Origin: Candidatus Omnitrophota bacterium
Lineage (GTDB): Bacteria; Omnitrophota; Gorgyraeia; Zapsychrales; JANLHA01
Direction of reading: 5' to 3'
NCBI GenBank assembly: GCA_963662715.1
Contig: OY759724.1
Coordinates: 1 to 32,000, forward strand
Length of the DNA stretch: 32,000 nucleotides
The translations under genes were made by a program, and so were the position numbers. Below are positions 12,401-27,400 of this stretch, in pieces. Position 1 is the stretch's first letter. The number at the start of each line of letters is the position of its first letter. The notes under the pieces are model-generated. The model searched no databases. It was not told where the DNA came from and was given only the letters and a program-made list of their open reading frames with translations.

Positions 12401-15400
12401 TACATCCAGGTCCAGCCAGTTGATCCCCGCGTCACTTAATACATCCAGGTCCAGCCAGTTTATTCCCGCATTCGTCATATCACTCATACTCACCCAGTTC
12501 ATCCCCGTATCACTCATCACATCAATATCCAGCCAGTTGATCCCCGCATCACTTAAATCATTCACACTCACCCAATTGATACCCATATCACTCATCACAT
12601 TCAAATCCTGCCAGTTGATCCCTATATCACTCAATACATCAATGTCCAGCCAATTAATTCCCGCATCACTCATCACATTTATATCCTGCCAGTTGATCCC
12701 CGTATCTGAAAGGACATCCAGGTCCAGCCAATTAATTCCCGTATCACTCATCACATCTATATCCAGCCAGTTGATCCCCGCATCACTTAAATCATTCACA
12801 CTCACCCAATTGATCCCCATATCACTCATCACATTTATATCCTGCCAGTTGATCCCTGTATCACTCAATACATCCAAATCCTGCCAGTTGATCCCCGCAT
12901 CACTTAATACATCAATATCTGACCAGTTGATCCTCGCATCACTTAATACATCAATATCTGCCCAGTTGATCCCCGCATCACTCATCACATTGATATCCAG
13001 CCAGTTGATCCCCGCGTCACTCATATCATTCACACTCACCCAGTTAATCCCCATATCGCTCATCACATTCAAATCCTGCCAGTTGATCCCTGTATCGCTC
13101 AATACATCCAAATCCTGCCAGTTGATCCCCGCGTCACTTAACACATCCAGATCCTGCCAGTTAATTCCCGCGTTCGTCATATCACTCATACTCACCCAGT
13201 TCATCCCCATATCACTCATCACATCTATATCCAGCCAGTTGATCCCAGCGTCACTCATATCATTCACACTCACCCAATTGATTCCCATATCACTCATCAC
13301 ATTTATGTCCTGCCAGTTGATCCCCGTATCCGAGAGCACATCCATATCCTGCCAGTTAATTCCCGTATCACTCATCACATCTATATCCAACCAGTTGATC
13401 CCCGCATTCGTCATATCACTCATACTCACCCAGTTCATCCCCGCATCACTCATCACATCGATGTCCAGCCAGTTTATCCCCGCGTCACTTAAATCATTCA
13501 CACTCACCCAATTAATCCCCATATCACTCATCACATTCAAATCCTGCCAGTTGATCCCCGTATCACTTAATACATCAATATCTGCCCAGTTGATCCCCGT
13601 ATCACTCATCACATCTATATCCAGCCAGTTGATCCCCGCGTTCGTCATATCACTCATACTCACCCAGTTCATCCCCGTATCACTCATCACATCTATGTCC
13701 AGCCAGTTGATCCCCGCGTCACTTAAATCATTCATACTCACCCAATTGATCCCCATATCACTCATCACATTTATGTCCTGCCAGTTGATTCCTGTATCTG
13801 ATAGAACATCCAAATCCTGCCAGTTGATCCCCGCATCACTCAGGATATCCAGATCCTGCCAGTTAATTCCCGCGTTCGTCATATCACTCATACTCACCCA
13901 GTTCATCCCCATATCACTCATCACATCTATATCCAGCCAGTTGATCCCCGCATCACTCAAATCATTCACACTCACCCAATTGATTCCCATATCACTCATC
14001 ACATTCAAATCCTGCCAGTTGATCCCTGTATCACTCAATACATCCAAATCCTGCCAGTTGATCCCTGCGTCACTCATCACATCTATGTCCAGCCAATTGA
14101 TCCCCGCATCACTTAAATCATTCACACTCACCCAATTAATCCCCATATCACTCATCACATTTATGTCCTGCCAATTAACCCCCGCATCACTCAACACATC
14201 AATATCCGACCAGTTGATTCCCGCATCTGATAGGACATCCAAATCCGACCAATTGATCCCTGTATCACTTAACACATCCAAATCCTGCCAGTTGATCCCC
14301 GCGTCCGAAAGAACATCGATATCCACCCAGTTGATCCCCGCATTCGTCATATCACTCATACTCACCCAGTTCATCCCCATATCACTCATCACATCGATAT
14401 CCACCCAGTTGATCCCCGCGTCACTTAAATCATTCACACTCACCCAATTAATCCCCGCGTCACTCATCACATTTATGTCCTGCCAGTTGATTCCCGTATC
14501 TGAGAGTACATCCAAGTCCACCCAGTTGATCCCCGCATCACTCATCACATCGATGTCCAGCCAGTTTATCCCCGCGTCACTTAAATCATTCACACTCACC
14601 CAATTGATACCCATATCACTCATCACATCGATATCCAGCCAGTTGATCCCTGTATCACTTAACACATTCAAATCCTGCCAGTTGATCCCCGCATCGCTCA
14701 GCACATCCAGGTCCAGCCAGTTGATTCCTGCGTCCGAAAGAACATCGATGTCCTGCCAGTTGATCCCCGCATCACTCAGCACATCTATATCCAGCCAGTT
14801 TATCCCCGCGTCACTCATATCATTCACACTCACCCAATTAATTCCCATATCACTCATCACATTTATGTCCTGCCAGTTGATTCCTGTATCTGAGAGTACA
14901 TCCAAATCCCGCCAATTAATCCCCGCATCACTTAACACATCCAAATCCGACCAGTTGATCCCTGTATCACTTAACACATCCAAATCCTGCCAGTTGATCC
15001 CCGCGTCCGAAAGAACATCGATGTCCAGCCAGTTGATCCCCGCATTCGTCATATCACTCATACTCACCCAGTTCATCCCCATATCACTCATCACATCAAT
15101 GTCCTGCCAGTTTATCCCCGCATCACTTAAATCATTCACACTCAACCAATTAATCCCCATATCACTCATCACATTCAAATCCTGCCAGTTGATCCCTGTA
15201 TCACTCAATACATCAATGTCCAACCAGTTGATCCCCGTATCACTCATCACATCGATATCCAGCCAGTTGATTCCCGCATCACTTAAATCATTCACACTCA
15301 CCCAATTGATACCCATATCACTCATCACATTTATATCCTGCCAATTGATTCCCGTATCTGAGAGCACATCCAAGTCCAGCCAGTTGATCCCTGTATCACT

Positions 15401-18400
15401 TAATACATCAATGTCCAGCCAGTTTATCCCCGTATCTGAAAGAACATCCAAATCCACCCAGTTGATCCCCGCATCACTCATCACATCAATGTCCAGCCAG
15501 TTTATCCCCGCGTCACTCATATCATTCACACTCACCCAATTAATCCCCATATCACTCATCACATTTATGTCCTGCCAGTTGATCCCCGTATCGCTTAATA
15601 CATCAATATCCGACCAGTTGATCCCTATATCACTCATCACATTTATGTCCTGCCAGTTGATTCCTGTATCTGATAGAACATCCAAATCCTGCCAGTTGAT
15701 CCCCGCATCACTCATCACATCTATATCCAGCCAGTTTATCCCCGCGTCACTTAAATCATTCACACTCACCCAATTAATCCCCATATCACTCATCACATTT
15801 ATGTCCTGCCAGTTGATCCCTGTGTCACTTAATACATCCAGGTCCAGCCAGTTGATCCCCGCGTCACTTAATACATCCAGGTCCAGCCAGTTTATTCCCG
15901 CATTCGTCATATCACTCATACTCACCCAGTTCATCCCCGTATCACTCATCACATCAATATCCAGCCAGTTGATCCCCGCATCACTTAAATCATTCACACT
16001 CACCCAATTGATACCCATATCACTCATCACATTCAAATCCTGCCAGTTGATCCCTATATCACTCAATACATCAATGTCCAGCCAATTAATTCCCGCATCA
16101 CTCATCACATTTATATCCTGCCAGTTGATCCCCGTATCTGAAAGGACATCCAGGTCCAGCCAATTAATTCCCGTATCACTCATCACATCTATATCCAGCC
16201 AGTTGATCCCCGCATCACTTAAATCATTCACACTCACCCAATTGATCCCCATATCACTCATCACATTTATATCCTGCCAGTTGATCCCTGTATCACTCAA
16301 TACATCCAAATCCTGCCAGTTGATCCCCGCATCACTTAATACATCAATATCTGACCAGTTGATCCCCGCATCACTTAATACATCAATATCTGCCCAGTTG
16401 ATCCCCGCATCACTCATCACATTGATATCCAGCCAGTTGATCCCCGCGTCACTCATATCATTCACACTCACCCAGTTAATCCCCATATCACTCATCACAT
16501 TCAAATCCTGCCAGTTGATCCCTGTATCGCTCAATACATCCAAATCCTGCCAGTTGATCCCCGCGTCACTTAACACATCCAGATCCTGCCAGTTAATTCC
16601 CGCGTTCGTCATATCACTCATACTCACCCAGTTCATCCCCATATCACTCATCACATCTATATCCAGCCAGTTGATCCCAGCGTCACTCATATCATTCACA
16701 CTCACCCAATTGATTCCCATATCACTCATCACATTTATGTCCTGCCAGTTGATCCCCGTATCCGAGAGCACATCCATATCCTGCCAGTTAATTCCCGTAT
16801 CACTCATCACATCTATATCCAGCCAGTTGATCCCCGCATTCGTCATATCACTCATACTCACCCAGTTCATCCCCGCATCACTCATCACATCGATGTCCAG
16901 CCAGTTTATCCCCGCGTCACTTAAATCATTCACACTCACCCAATTAATCCCCATATCACTCATCACATTCAAATCCTGCCAGTTGATCCCCGTATCACTT
17001 AATACATCAATATCTGCCCAGTTGATCCCCGTATCACTCATCACATCTATATCCAGCCAGTTGATCCCCGCGTTCGTCATATCACTCATACTCACCCAGT
17101 TCATCCCCGTATCACTCATCACATCTATGTCCAGCCAGTTGATCCCCGCGTCACTTAAATCATTCATACTTACCCAATTGATCCCCATATCACTCATCAC
17201 ATTTATGTCCTGCCAGTTGATTCCTGTATCTGATAGAACATCCAAATCCTGCCAGTTGATCCCCGCATCACTCAGGATATCCAGATCCTGCCAGTTAATT
17301 CCCGCGTTCGTCATATCACTCATACTCACCCAGTTCATCCCCATATCACTCATCACATCTATATCCAGCCAGTTGATCCCCGCATCACTCAAATCATTCA
17401 CACTCACCCAATTGATTCCCATATCACTCATCACATTCAAATCCTGCCAGTTGATCCCTGTATCACTCAATACATCCAAATCCTGCCAGTTGATCCCTGC
17501 GTCACTCATCACATCTATGTCCAGCCAATTGATCCCCGCATCACTTAAATCATTCACACTCACCCAATTAATCCCCATATCACTCATCACATTTATGTCC
17601 TGCCAATTAACCCCCGCATCACTCAACACATCAATATCCGACCAGTTGATTCCCGCATCTGATAGGACATCCAAATCCGACCAATTGATCCCTGTATCAC
17701 TTAACACATCCAAATCCTGCCAGTTGATCCCCGCGTCCGAAAGAACATCGATATCCACCCAGTTGATCCCCGCATTCGTCATATCACTCATACTCACCCA
17801 GTTCATCCCCATATCACTCATCACATCGATATCCAGCCAGTTGATCCCCGCGTCACTTAAATCATTCACACTCACCCAATTAATCCCCGCGTCACTCATC
17901 ACATTTATGTCCTGCCAGTTGATTCCCGTATCTGAGAGTACATCCAAGTCCACCCAGTTGATCCCCGCATCACTCATCACATCGATATCCAGCCAGTTTA
18001 TCCCCGCGTCACTTAAATCATTCACACTCACCCAATTGATACCCATATCACTCATCACATCGATATCCAGCCAGTTGATCCCTGTATCACTTAACACATT
18101 CAAATCCTGCCAGTTGATCCCCGCATCGCTCAGCACATCCAGGTCCAGCCAGTTGATTCCCGTATCTGATAGAACATCCAAATCCTGCCAGTTGATCCCC
18201 GCATCACTCAGCACATCTATATCCAGCCAGTTTATCCCCGCGTCACTCATATCATTCACACTCACCCAATTAATTCCCATATCACTCATCACATTTATGT
18301 CCTGCCAGTTGATTCCTGTATCTGAGAGTACATCCAAATCCCGCCAATTAATCCCCGCATCACTTAACACATCCAAATCCGACCAGTTGATCCCTGTATC

Positions 18401-21400
18401 ACTTAACACATCCAAATCCTGCCAGTTGATCCCCGCGTCCGAAAGAACATCGATGTCCAGCCAGTTGATCCCCGCATTCGTCATATCACTCATACTCACC
18501 CAGTTCATCCCCATATCACTCATCACATCAATGTCCTGCCAGTTTATCCCCGCATCACTTAAATCATTCACACTCAACCAATTAATCCCCATATCACTCA
18601 TCACATTCAAATCCTGCCAGTTGATCCCTGTATCACTCAATACATCAATGTCCAACCAGTTGATCCCCGTATCACTCATCACATCGATATCCAGCCAGTT
18701 GATTCCCGCATCACTTAAATCATTCACACTCACCCAATTGATACCCATATCACTCATCACATTTATATCCTGCCAATTGATTCCCGTATCTGAGAGCACA
18801 TCCAAGTCCAGCCAGTTGATCCCTGTATCACTTAATACATCAATGTCCAGCCAGTTTATCCCCGTATCTGAAAGAACATCCAAATCCACCCAGTTGATCC
18901 CCGCGTCACTCATCACATCAATGTCCAGCCAGTTGATCCCCGCATCGCTCAAATCATTCACGCTCACCCAATTAATCCCCGCGTCACTCATCACATTCAA
19001 ATCCTGCCAGTTGATCCCCGTATCACTTAACACATCCATATCCGACCAGTTTATCCCCGCATCACTCAGGATATTCAAGTCCAACCAGTTAATTCCCGTA
19101 TCTGATAGCACATCCAAATCCTGCCAGTTGATCCCCGCATCACTCATCACATCTATGTCCAACCAGTTGATCCCCGCGTCACTCATATCATTCACACTCA
19201 CCCAATTGATCCCCATATCACTCATCACATTTATGTCCTGCCAGTTGATCCCCGTATCACTTAACACATCCATATCCGACCAGTTTATCCCCGCATCACT
19301 CAGGATATCCAAGTCCAGCCAGTTGATTCCCGCGTTCGTCATATCACTCATACTCACCCAGTTCATCCCCGTATCACTCATCACATCAATATCCAGCCAG
19401 TTGATCCCCGCGTCACTTAAATCATTCACACTCACCCAATTGATACCCATATCACTCATCACATTCAAATCCTGCCAGTTTATCCCTATATCACTCAATA
19501 CATCAATGTCCAGCCAATTAATTCCCGCATCACTCATCACATTTATATCCTGCCAGTTGATCCCCGTATCACTCATCACATCCAGATCGAGCCAATTAAT
19601 TCCCGTATCACTCATCACATCTATATCCAGCCAGTTGATCCCCGCATCACTTAAATCATTCACACTCACCCAATTGATCCCCATATCACTCATCACATTT
19701 ATATCCTGCCAGTTGATCCCTGTATCACTCAATACATCCAAATCCTGCCAGTTGATCCCCGTATCCGATAGCACATCTAAATCCTGCCAGTTGATCCCCG
19801 CATCACTTAATACATCTATGTCCAGCCAGTTGATCCCCGCATCACTCATCACATCGATGTCCAGCCAGTTTATCCCCGCGTCACTCATATCATTCACACT
19901 CACCCAGTTAATCCCCATATCGCTCATCACATTCAAATCCTGCCAGTTGATCCCTGTATCGCTCAATACATCCAAATCCTGCCAGTTAATCCCCGTATCC
20001 GAGAGCACATCCAGATCCAGCCAGTTGATTCCCGCATTCGTCATATCACTCATACTCACCCAGTTCATCCCCATATCACTCATCACATCTATGTCCAGCC
20101 AGTTGATCCCCGCGTCACTCATATCATTCACACTCACCCAGTTAATCCCCATGTCACTCATCACATTTATATCCTGCCAGTTGATCCCCGTATCCGAGAG
20201 CACATCCATATCCTGCCAGTTGATCCCCGCATCGCTCAGGATATCCAAGTCCAGCCAGTTGATCCCCGCGTTCGTCATATCACTCATACTCACCCAGTTC
20301 ATCCCGATATCACTCATCACATCGATATCCAGCCAGTTGATCCCCGCGTCACTCATATCATTCACACTCACCCAGTTAATCCCCATGTCACTCATCACAT
20401 TTATATCCTGCCAGTTGATCCCCGTATCCGAGAGCACATCTAAATCCTGCCAGTTGATCCCCGCATCGCTCAGGATATCCAAATCCAGCCAATTGATCCC
20501 CGCATTCGTCATATCACTCATACTCACCCAGTTCATCCCCGCATCACTCATCACATCGATATCCTGCCAGTTAATCCCCGCATCACTTAAATCATTCACG
20601 CTCACCCAGTTAATACCCATGTCACTCATAACATTTATGTCCTGCCAGTTGATCCCCGTATCCGATAGCACATCTAAATCCTGCCAGTTGATCCCCGCAT
20701 CACTCAGGATATCCAAGTCCAGCCAGTTAATTCCCGCGTTCGTCATATCACTCATACTTACCCAGTTCATCCCCGTATCACTCATCACATCGATATCCAG
20801 CCAGTTAATCCCCGCGTCACTTAAATCATTCACACTCACCCAATTGATCCCCATATCACTCATCACATTCAAATCCTGCCAGTTGATCCCCGTATCCGAG
20901 AGCACATCCAGATCCTGCCAGTTGATCCCCGCATCGCTCATCACATCGATGTCCAGCCAGTTGATCCCCGCGTCACTTAAATCATTCACACTCACCCAAT
21001 TGATCCCTATATCACTCATCACATTTATGTCCTGCCAATTAACCCCCGCATCACTTAACACATCAATATCCGACCAGTTGATCCCCGCATCTGATAGGAC
21101 ATCCAAATCCGACCAATTGATCCCTGTATCTGAAATAACATCAATGTCCGACCAGTTGATCCCCGCGTCCGAAAGAACATCGATATCCAGCCAGTTGATC
21201 CCCGCGTTCGTCATATCACTCATACTCACCCAGTTCATCCCCATATCACTCATCACATCGATATCCACCCAGTTGATCCCCGCATCACTTAAATCATTCA
21301 CACTCACCCAATTGATCCCCGCGTCACTCATCACATTTATGTCCTGCCAGTTGATCCCTGTATCACTCAATACATCCATATCCTGCCAGTTAATCCCCGC

Positions 21401-24400
21401 ATCACTCATCACATCGATATCCAGCCAGTTGATCCCCGCATCACTTAAATCATTCACACTCACCCAGTTAATCCCCATGTCACTCATAACATTTATGTCC
21501 TGCCAGTTGATCCCTGTATCACTTAACACATCCAGGTCCACCCAATTGATCCCCGCATCGCTCAGCACATCCAAATCCAGCCAGTTGATTCCCGTATCTG
21601 ATAGAACATCCAAATCCTGCCAGTTGATCCCCGCATCACTCATCACATCGATGTCCAACCAATTGATCCCCGCGTCACTCATATCATTCACACTCACCCA
21701 ATTGATCCCCATGTCACTCATCACATTTATGTCCTGCCAGTTGATTCCTGTATCTGAAAGCACATCCAAATCCCGCCAATTAATCCCCGCATCACTTAAC
21801 ACATTCAAATCCGACCAGTTGATTCCTGTATCACTTAACACATCCAAATCCTGCCAGTTGATCCCCGCGTCCGAAAGAACATCGATGTCCAGCCAGTTGA
21901 TCCCCGCATTCGTCATATCACTCATACTCACCCAGTTCATCCCCATATCACTCATCACATCAATGTCCTGCCAGTTGATCCCCGCATCACTTAAATCATT
22001 CACACTCACCCAATTAATCCCCATATCACTCATCACATTCAAATCCTGCCAATTTATCCCCGTATCTGAGAGTACATCCAAGTCCACCCAGTTAATTCCC
22101 GCATCTGAAAGGACATCAATGTCCAGCCAGTTGATTCCCGCATCACTTAAATCATTCACACTCACCCAATTGATCCCCATATCACTCATCACATTCAAAT
22201 CCTGCCAATTTATCCCCGTATCTGAGAGTACATCCAAGTCCAGCCAGTTGATCCCTGTATCACTTAATACATCAATGTCCAGCCAGTTGATCCCCGTATC
22301 ACTTAACACATCGATGTCCAGCCAGTTTATCCCCGCGTCACTCATCACATCAATGTCCAGCCAGTTGATCCCCGCATCGCTCAAATCATTCACGCTCACC
22401 CAATTAATTCCCATATCACTCATCACATTTATGTCCTGCCAGTTAATTCCTGTATCTGATAGAACATCCAAATCCTGCCAGTTAATCCCCGCATCACTCA
22501 GGATATTCAAGTCCAGCCAGTTAATTCCCGTATCTGAGAGCACATCCAAATCCTGCCAGTTGATCCCCGCGTCACTCATCACATCTATGTCCAACCAGTT
22601 GATCCCCGCGTCACTCATATCATTCACATTCACCCAATTGATCCCCATATCACTCATCACATTCAAATCCTGCCAGTTGATCCCCGTATCACTTAACACA
22701 TCCATATCCGACCAGTTTATCCCCGCATCACTCAGGATATCCAAGTCCAGCCAGTTGATTCCCGCGTTCGTCATATCACTCATACTCACCCAGTTCATCC
22801 CCGTATCACTCATCACATCAATATCCAGCCAGTTGATCCCCGCGTCACTTAAATCATTCACACTCACCCAATTGATCCCCATATCACTCATCACATTCAA
22901 ATCCTGCCAATTGATCCCCGTATCGCTTAATACATCCACATCCTGCCAATTTATCCCCGCATCACTCAGGATATCCAAGTCCAGCCAGTTGATCCCCGTA
23001 TCACTCAACACATCCAGATCCAGCCAGTTGATCCCCGCGTCACTCATCACATCTATATCCAGCCAATTGATCCCCGCGTCACTTAAATCATTCACACTCA
23101 CCCAATTGATCCCCATGTCACTCATCACATTTATGTCCTGCCAATTAACCCCCGTATCACTTAACACATTCAAATCCTGCCAGTTGATCCCTGCATCACT
23201 TAATACATCAATATCTGCCCAGTTGATCCCCGCATCACTTAATACATCTATGTCCAGCCAGTTGATCCCCGCATCACTCATCACATCGATGTCCAGCCAG
23301 TTTATCCCCGCGTCACTCATATCATTCACACTCACCCAGTTAATCCCCATGTCACTCATCACATTCAAATCCTGCCAGTTAATCCCCGTATCCGATAGCA
23401 CATCCAAATCTAACCAATTAATCCCCGTATCACTTAAGACATCAATATCCAGCCAGTTGATTCCCGCATTCGTCATATCACTCATACTCACCCAGTTCAT
23501 CCCCATATCACTCATCACATCTATGTCCAGCCAGTTGATCCCCGCGTCACTCATATCATTCACACTCACCCAGTTAATCCCCATGTCACTCATCACATTT
23601 ATATCCTGCCAGTTGATCCCCGTATCCGAGAGCACATCCATATCCTGCCAGTTGATCCCCGCATCGCTCAGGATATCCAAGTCCAGCCAGTTGATCCCCG
23701 CGTTCGTCATATCACTCATACTCACCCAGTTCATCCCGATATCACTCATCACATCGATATCCAGCCAGTTGATCCCCGCGTCACTTAAATCACTCACACT
23801 CACCCAATTAATCCCCATATCACTCATCACATTTATGTCCTGCCAGTTGATCCCCGTATCCGAGAGCACATCCATATCCTGCCAGTTGATCCCCGCATCA
23901 CTCAGGATATCCAAATCCAGCCAATTGATCCCCGCATTCGTCATATCACTCATACTCACCCAGTTCATCCCCGCATCACTCATCACATCTATATCCAGCC
24001 AGTTAATCCCCGCATCACTTAAATCATTCACGCTCACCCAGTTAATACCCATGTCACTCATAACATTTATGTCCTGCCAGTTGATCCCCGTATCCGATAG
24101 CACATCTAAATCCTGCCAGTTGATCCCCGCATCACTCAGGATATCCAAGTCCAGCCAGTTAATTCCCGCGTTCGTCATATCACTCATACTCACCCAGTTC
24201 ATCCCCGTATCACTCATCACATCGATATCCAGCCAGTTGATCCCCGCGTCACTTAAATCATTCACACTCACCCAATTGATCCCCATATCACTCATCACAT
24301 TCAAATCCTGCCAGTTGATCCCCGTATCCGAGAGCACATCCAGATCCTGCCAGTTGATCCCCGCATCGCTCATCACATCGATGTCCAGCCAGTTGATCCC

Positions 24401-27400
24401 CGCGTCACTTAAATCATTCACACTCACCCAATTGATCCCTATATCACTCATCACATTTATGTCCTGCCAATTAACCCCCGCATCACTTAACACATCAATA
24501 TCCGACCAGTTGATCCCCGTATCTGATAGGACATCCAAATCCGACCAATTGATCCCTGTATCTGAAATAACATCAATGTCCGACCAGTTGATCCCCGCGT
24601 CCGAAAGAACATCGATATCCAGCCAGTTGATCCCCGCGTTCGTCATATCACTCATACTCACCCAGTTCATCCCCATATCACTCATCACATCGATATCCAC
24701 CCAGTTGATCCCCGCATCACTTAAATCATTCACACTCACCCAATTGATCCCCATATCACTCATCACATTTATGTCCTGCCAGTTGATCCCTGTATCACTC
24801 AATACATCCATATCCTGCCAGTTAATCCCCGCATCACTCATCACATCGATATCCAGCCAGTTGATCCCCGCATCACTTAAATCATTCACACTCACCCAGT
24901 TAATCCCCATGTCACTCATAACATTTATGTCCTGCCAGTTGATCCCTGTATCACTTAACACATCCAGGTCCACCCAATTGATCCCCGCATCGCTCAGCAC
25001 ATCCAAATCCAGCCAGTTGATTCCCGTATCTGATAGAACATCCAAATCCTGCCAGTTGATCCCCGCATCACTCATCACATCGATGTCCAACCAATTGATC
25101 CCCGCGTCACTCATATCATTCACACTCACCCAATTGATCCCCATATCACTCATCACATTTATGTCCTGCCAGTTGATTCCTGTATCTGAAAGCACATCCA
25201 AATCCCGCCAATTAATCCCCGCATCACTTAACACATTCAAATCCGACCAGTTGATTCCTGTATCACTTAACACATCCAAATCCTGCCAGTTGATCCCCGC
25301 GTCCGAAAGAACATCGATGTCCAGCCAGTTGATCCCCGCATTCGTCATATCACTCATACTCACCCAGTTCATCCCCATATCACTCATCACATCAATGTCC
25401 TGCCAGTTGATCCCCGCATCACTTAAATCATTCACACTCACCCAATTAATCCCCATATCACTCATCACATTCAAATCCTGCCAATTTATCCCCGTATCTG
25501 AGAGTACATCCAAGTCCACCCAGTTAATTCCCGCATCTGAAAGGACATCAATGTCCAGCCAGTTGATTCCCGCATCACTTAAATCATTCACACTCACCCA
25601 ATTGATCCCCATATCACTCATCACATTCAAATCCTGCCAATTTATCCCCGTATCTGAGAGTACATCCAAGTCCACCCAGTTAATTCCCGCATCTGAAAGG
25701 ACATCAATGTCCAGCCAGTTGATCCCCGTATCACTTAACACATCGATGTCCAGCCAGTTTATCCCCGCGTCACTCATCACATCAATGTCCAGCCAGTTGA
25801 TCCCCGCATCGCTCAAATCATTCACGCTCACCCAATTAATTCCCATATCACTCATCACATTTATGTCCTGCCAGTTAATTCCTGTATCTGATAGAACATC
25901 CAAATCCTGCCAGTTAATCCCCGCATCACTCAGGATATTCAAGTCCAGCCAGTTAATTCCCGTATCTGAGAGCACATCCAAATCCTGCCAGTTGATCCCC
26001 GCGTCACTCATCACATCTATGTCCAACCAGTTGATCCCCGCGTCACTCATATCATTCACATTCACCCAATTGATCCCCATATCACTCATCACATTCAAAT
26101 CCTGCCAGTTGATCCCCGTATCACTTAACACATCCATATCCGACCAGTTTATCCCCGCATCACTCAGGATATCCAAGTCCAGCCAGTTGATTCCCGCGTT
26201 CGTCATATCACTCATACTCACCCAGTTCATCCCCGTATCACTCATCACATCAATATCCAGCCAGTTGATCCCCGCGTCACTTAAATCATTCACACTCACC
26301 CAATTGATCCCCATATCACTCATCACATTCAAATCCTGCCAATTGATCCCCGTATCGCTTAATACATCCACATCCTGCCAATTTATCCCCGCATCACTCA
26401 GGATATCCAAGTCCAGCCAGTTGATCCCCGTATCACTCAACACATCCAGATCCAGCCAGTTGATCCCCGCGTCACTCATCACATCTATATCCAGCCAATT
26501 GATCCCCGCGTCACTTAAATCATTCACACTCACCCAATTGATCCCCATGTCACTCATCACATTTATGTCCTGCCAATTAACCCCCGTATCACTTAACACA
26601 TTCAAATCCTGCCAGTTGATCCCTGCATCACTTAATACATCAATATCTGCCCAGTTGATCCCCGCATCACTTAATACATCTATGTCCAGCCAGTTGATCC
26701 CCGCATCACTCATCACATCGATGTCCAGCCAGTTTATCCCCGCGTCACTCATATCATTCACACTCACCCAGTTAATCCCCATGTCACTCATCACATTCAA
26801 ATCCTGCCAGTTAATCCCCGTATCCGATAGCACATCCAAATCTAACCAATTAATCCCCGTATCACTTAAGACATCAATATCCAGCCAGTTGATTCCCGCA
26901 TTCGTCATATCACTCATACTCACCCAGTTCATCCCCATATCACTCATCACATCTATGTCCAGCCAGTTGATCCCCGCGTCACTCATATCATTCACACTCA
27001 CCCAGTTAATCCCCATGTCACTCATCACATTTATATCCTGCCAGTTGATCCCCGTATCCGAGAGCACATCCATATCCTGCCAGTTGATCCCCGCATCGCT
27101 CAGGATATCCAAGTCCAGCCAGTTGATCCCCGCGTTCGTCATATCACTCATACTCACCCAGTTCATCCCGATATCACTCATCACATCGATATCCAGCCAG
27201 TTGATCCCCGCGTCACTCATATCATTCACACTCACCCAGTTAATCCCCATGTCACTCATCACATTTATGTCCTGCCAGTTGATCCCCGTATCCGAGAGCA
27301 CATCTAAATCCTGCCAGTTGATCCCCGCATCACTCAGGATATCCAAATCCAGCCAATTGATCCCCGCATTCGTCATATCACTCATACTCACCCAGTTCAT

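Larger units (their letters stand above)
1..18889 (-). repeat. A-type higher-order repeat array: about 5.5 near-identical copies of an 88-unit, 3432-bp HOR.
   Basis: Landmark cattcatac[tc] recurs at 1, 3433, 6865, 10297, 13729 and 17161 (spacing 3432 = 88 x 39). By eye I found only about ten variable sites among copies 1-5. Confidence 0.92.

Noticed and set aside
1-17160. The five near-identical 3432-bp copies as an assembly loop or duplication artefact.
   Set aside because: The copies are not identical. They carry distinct, partly shared SNP combinations, including a recombinant-looking H4, which a simple collapse-and-expand artefact would not produce. Exact copy number still needs confirmation from spanning reads.
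1-20592. An even higher-order period of 3 HOR copies (10,296 bp), suggested by the t at 6875 and 17171.
   Set aside because: Other variant sites give incompatible partitions: {1,3,4|2,5}, {1,3|2,4,5}, and {2,6} against the rest. No consistent super-period is supported.
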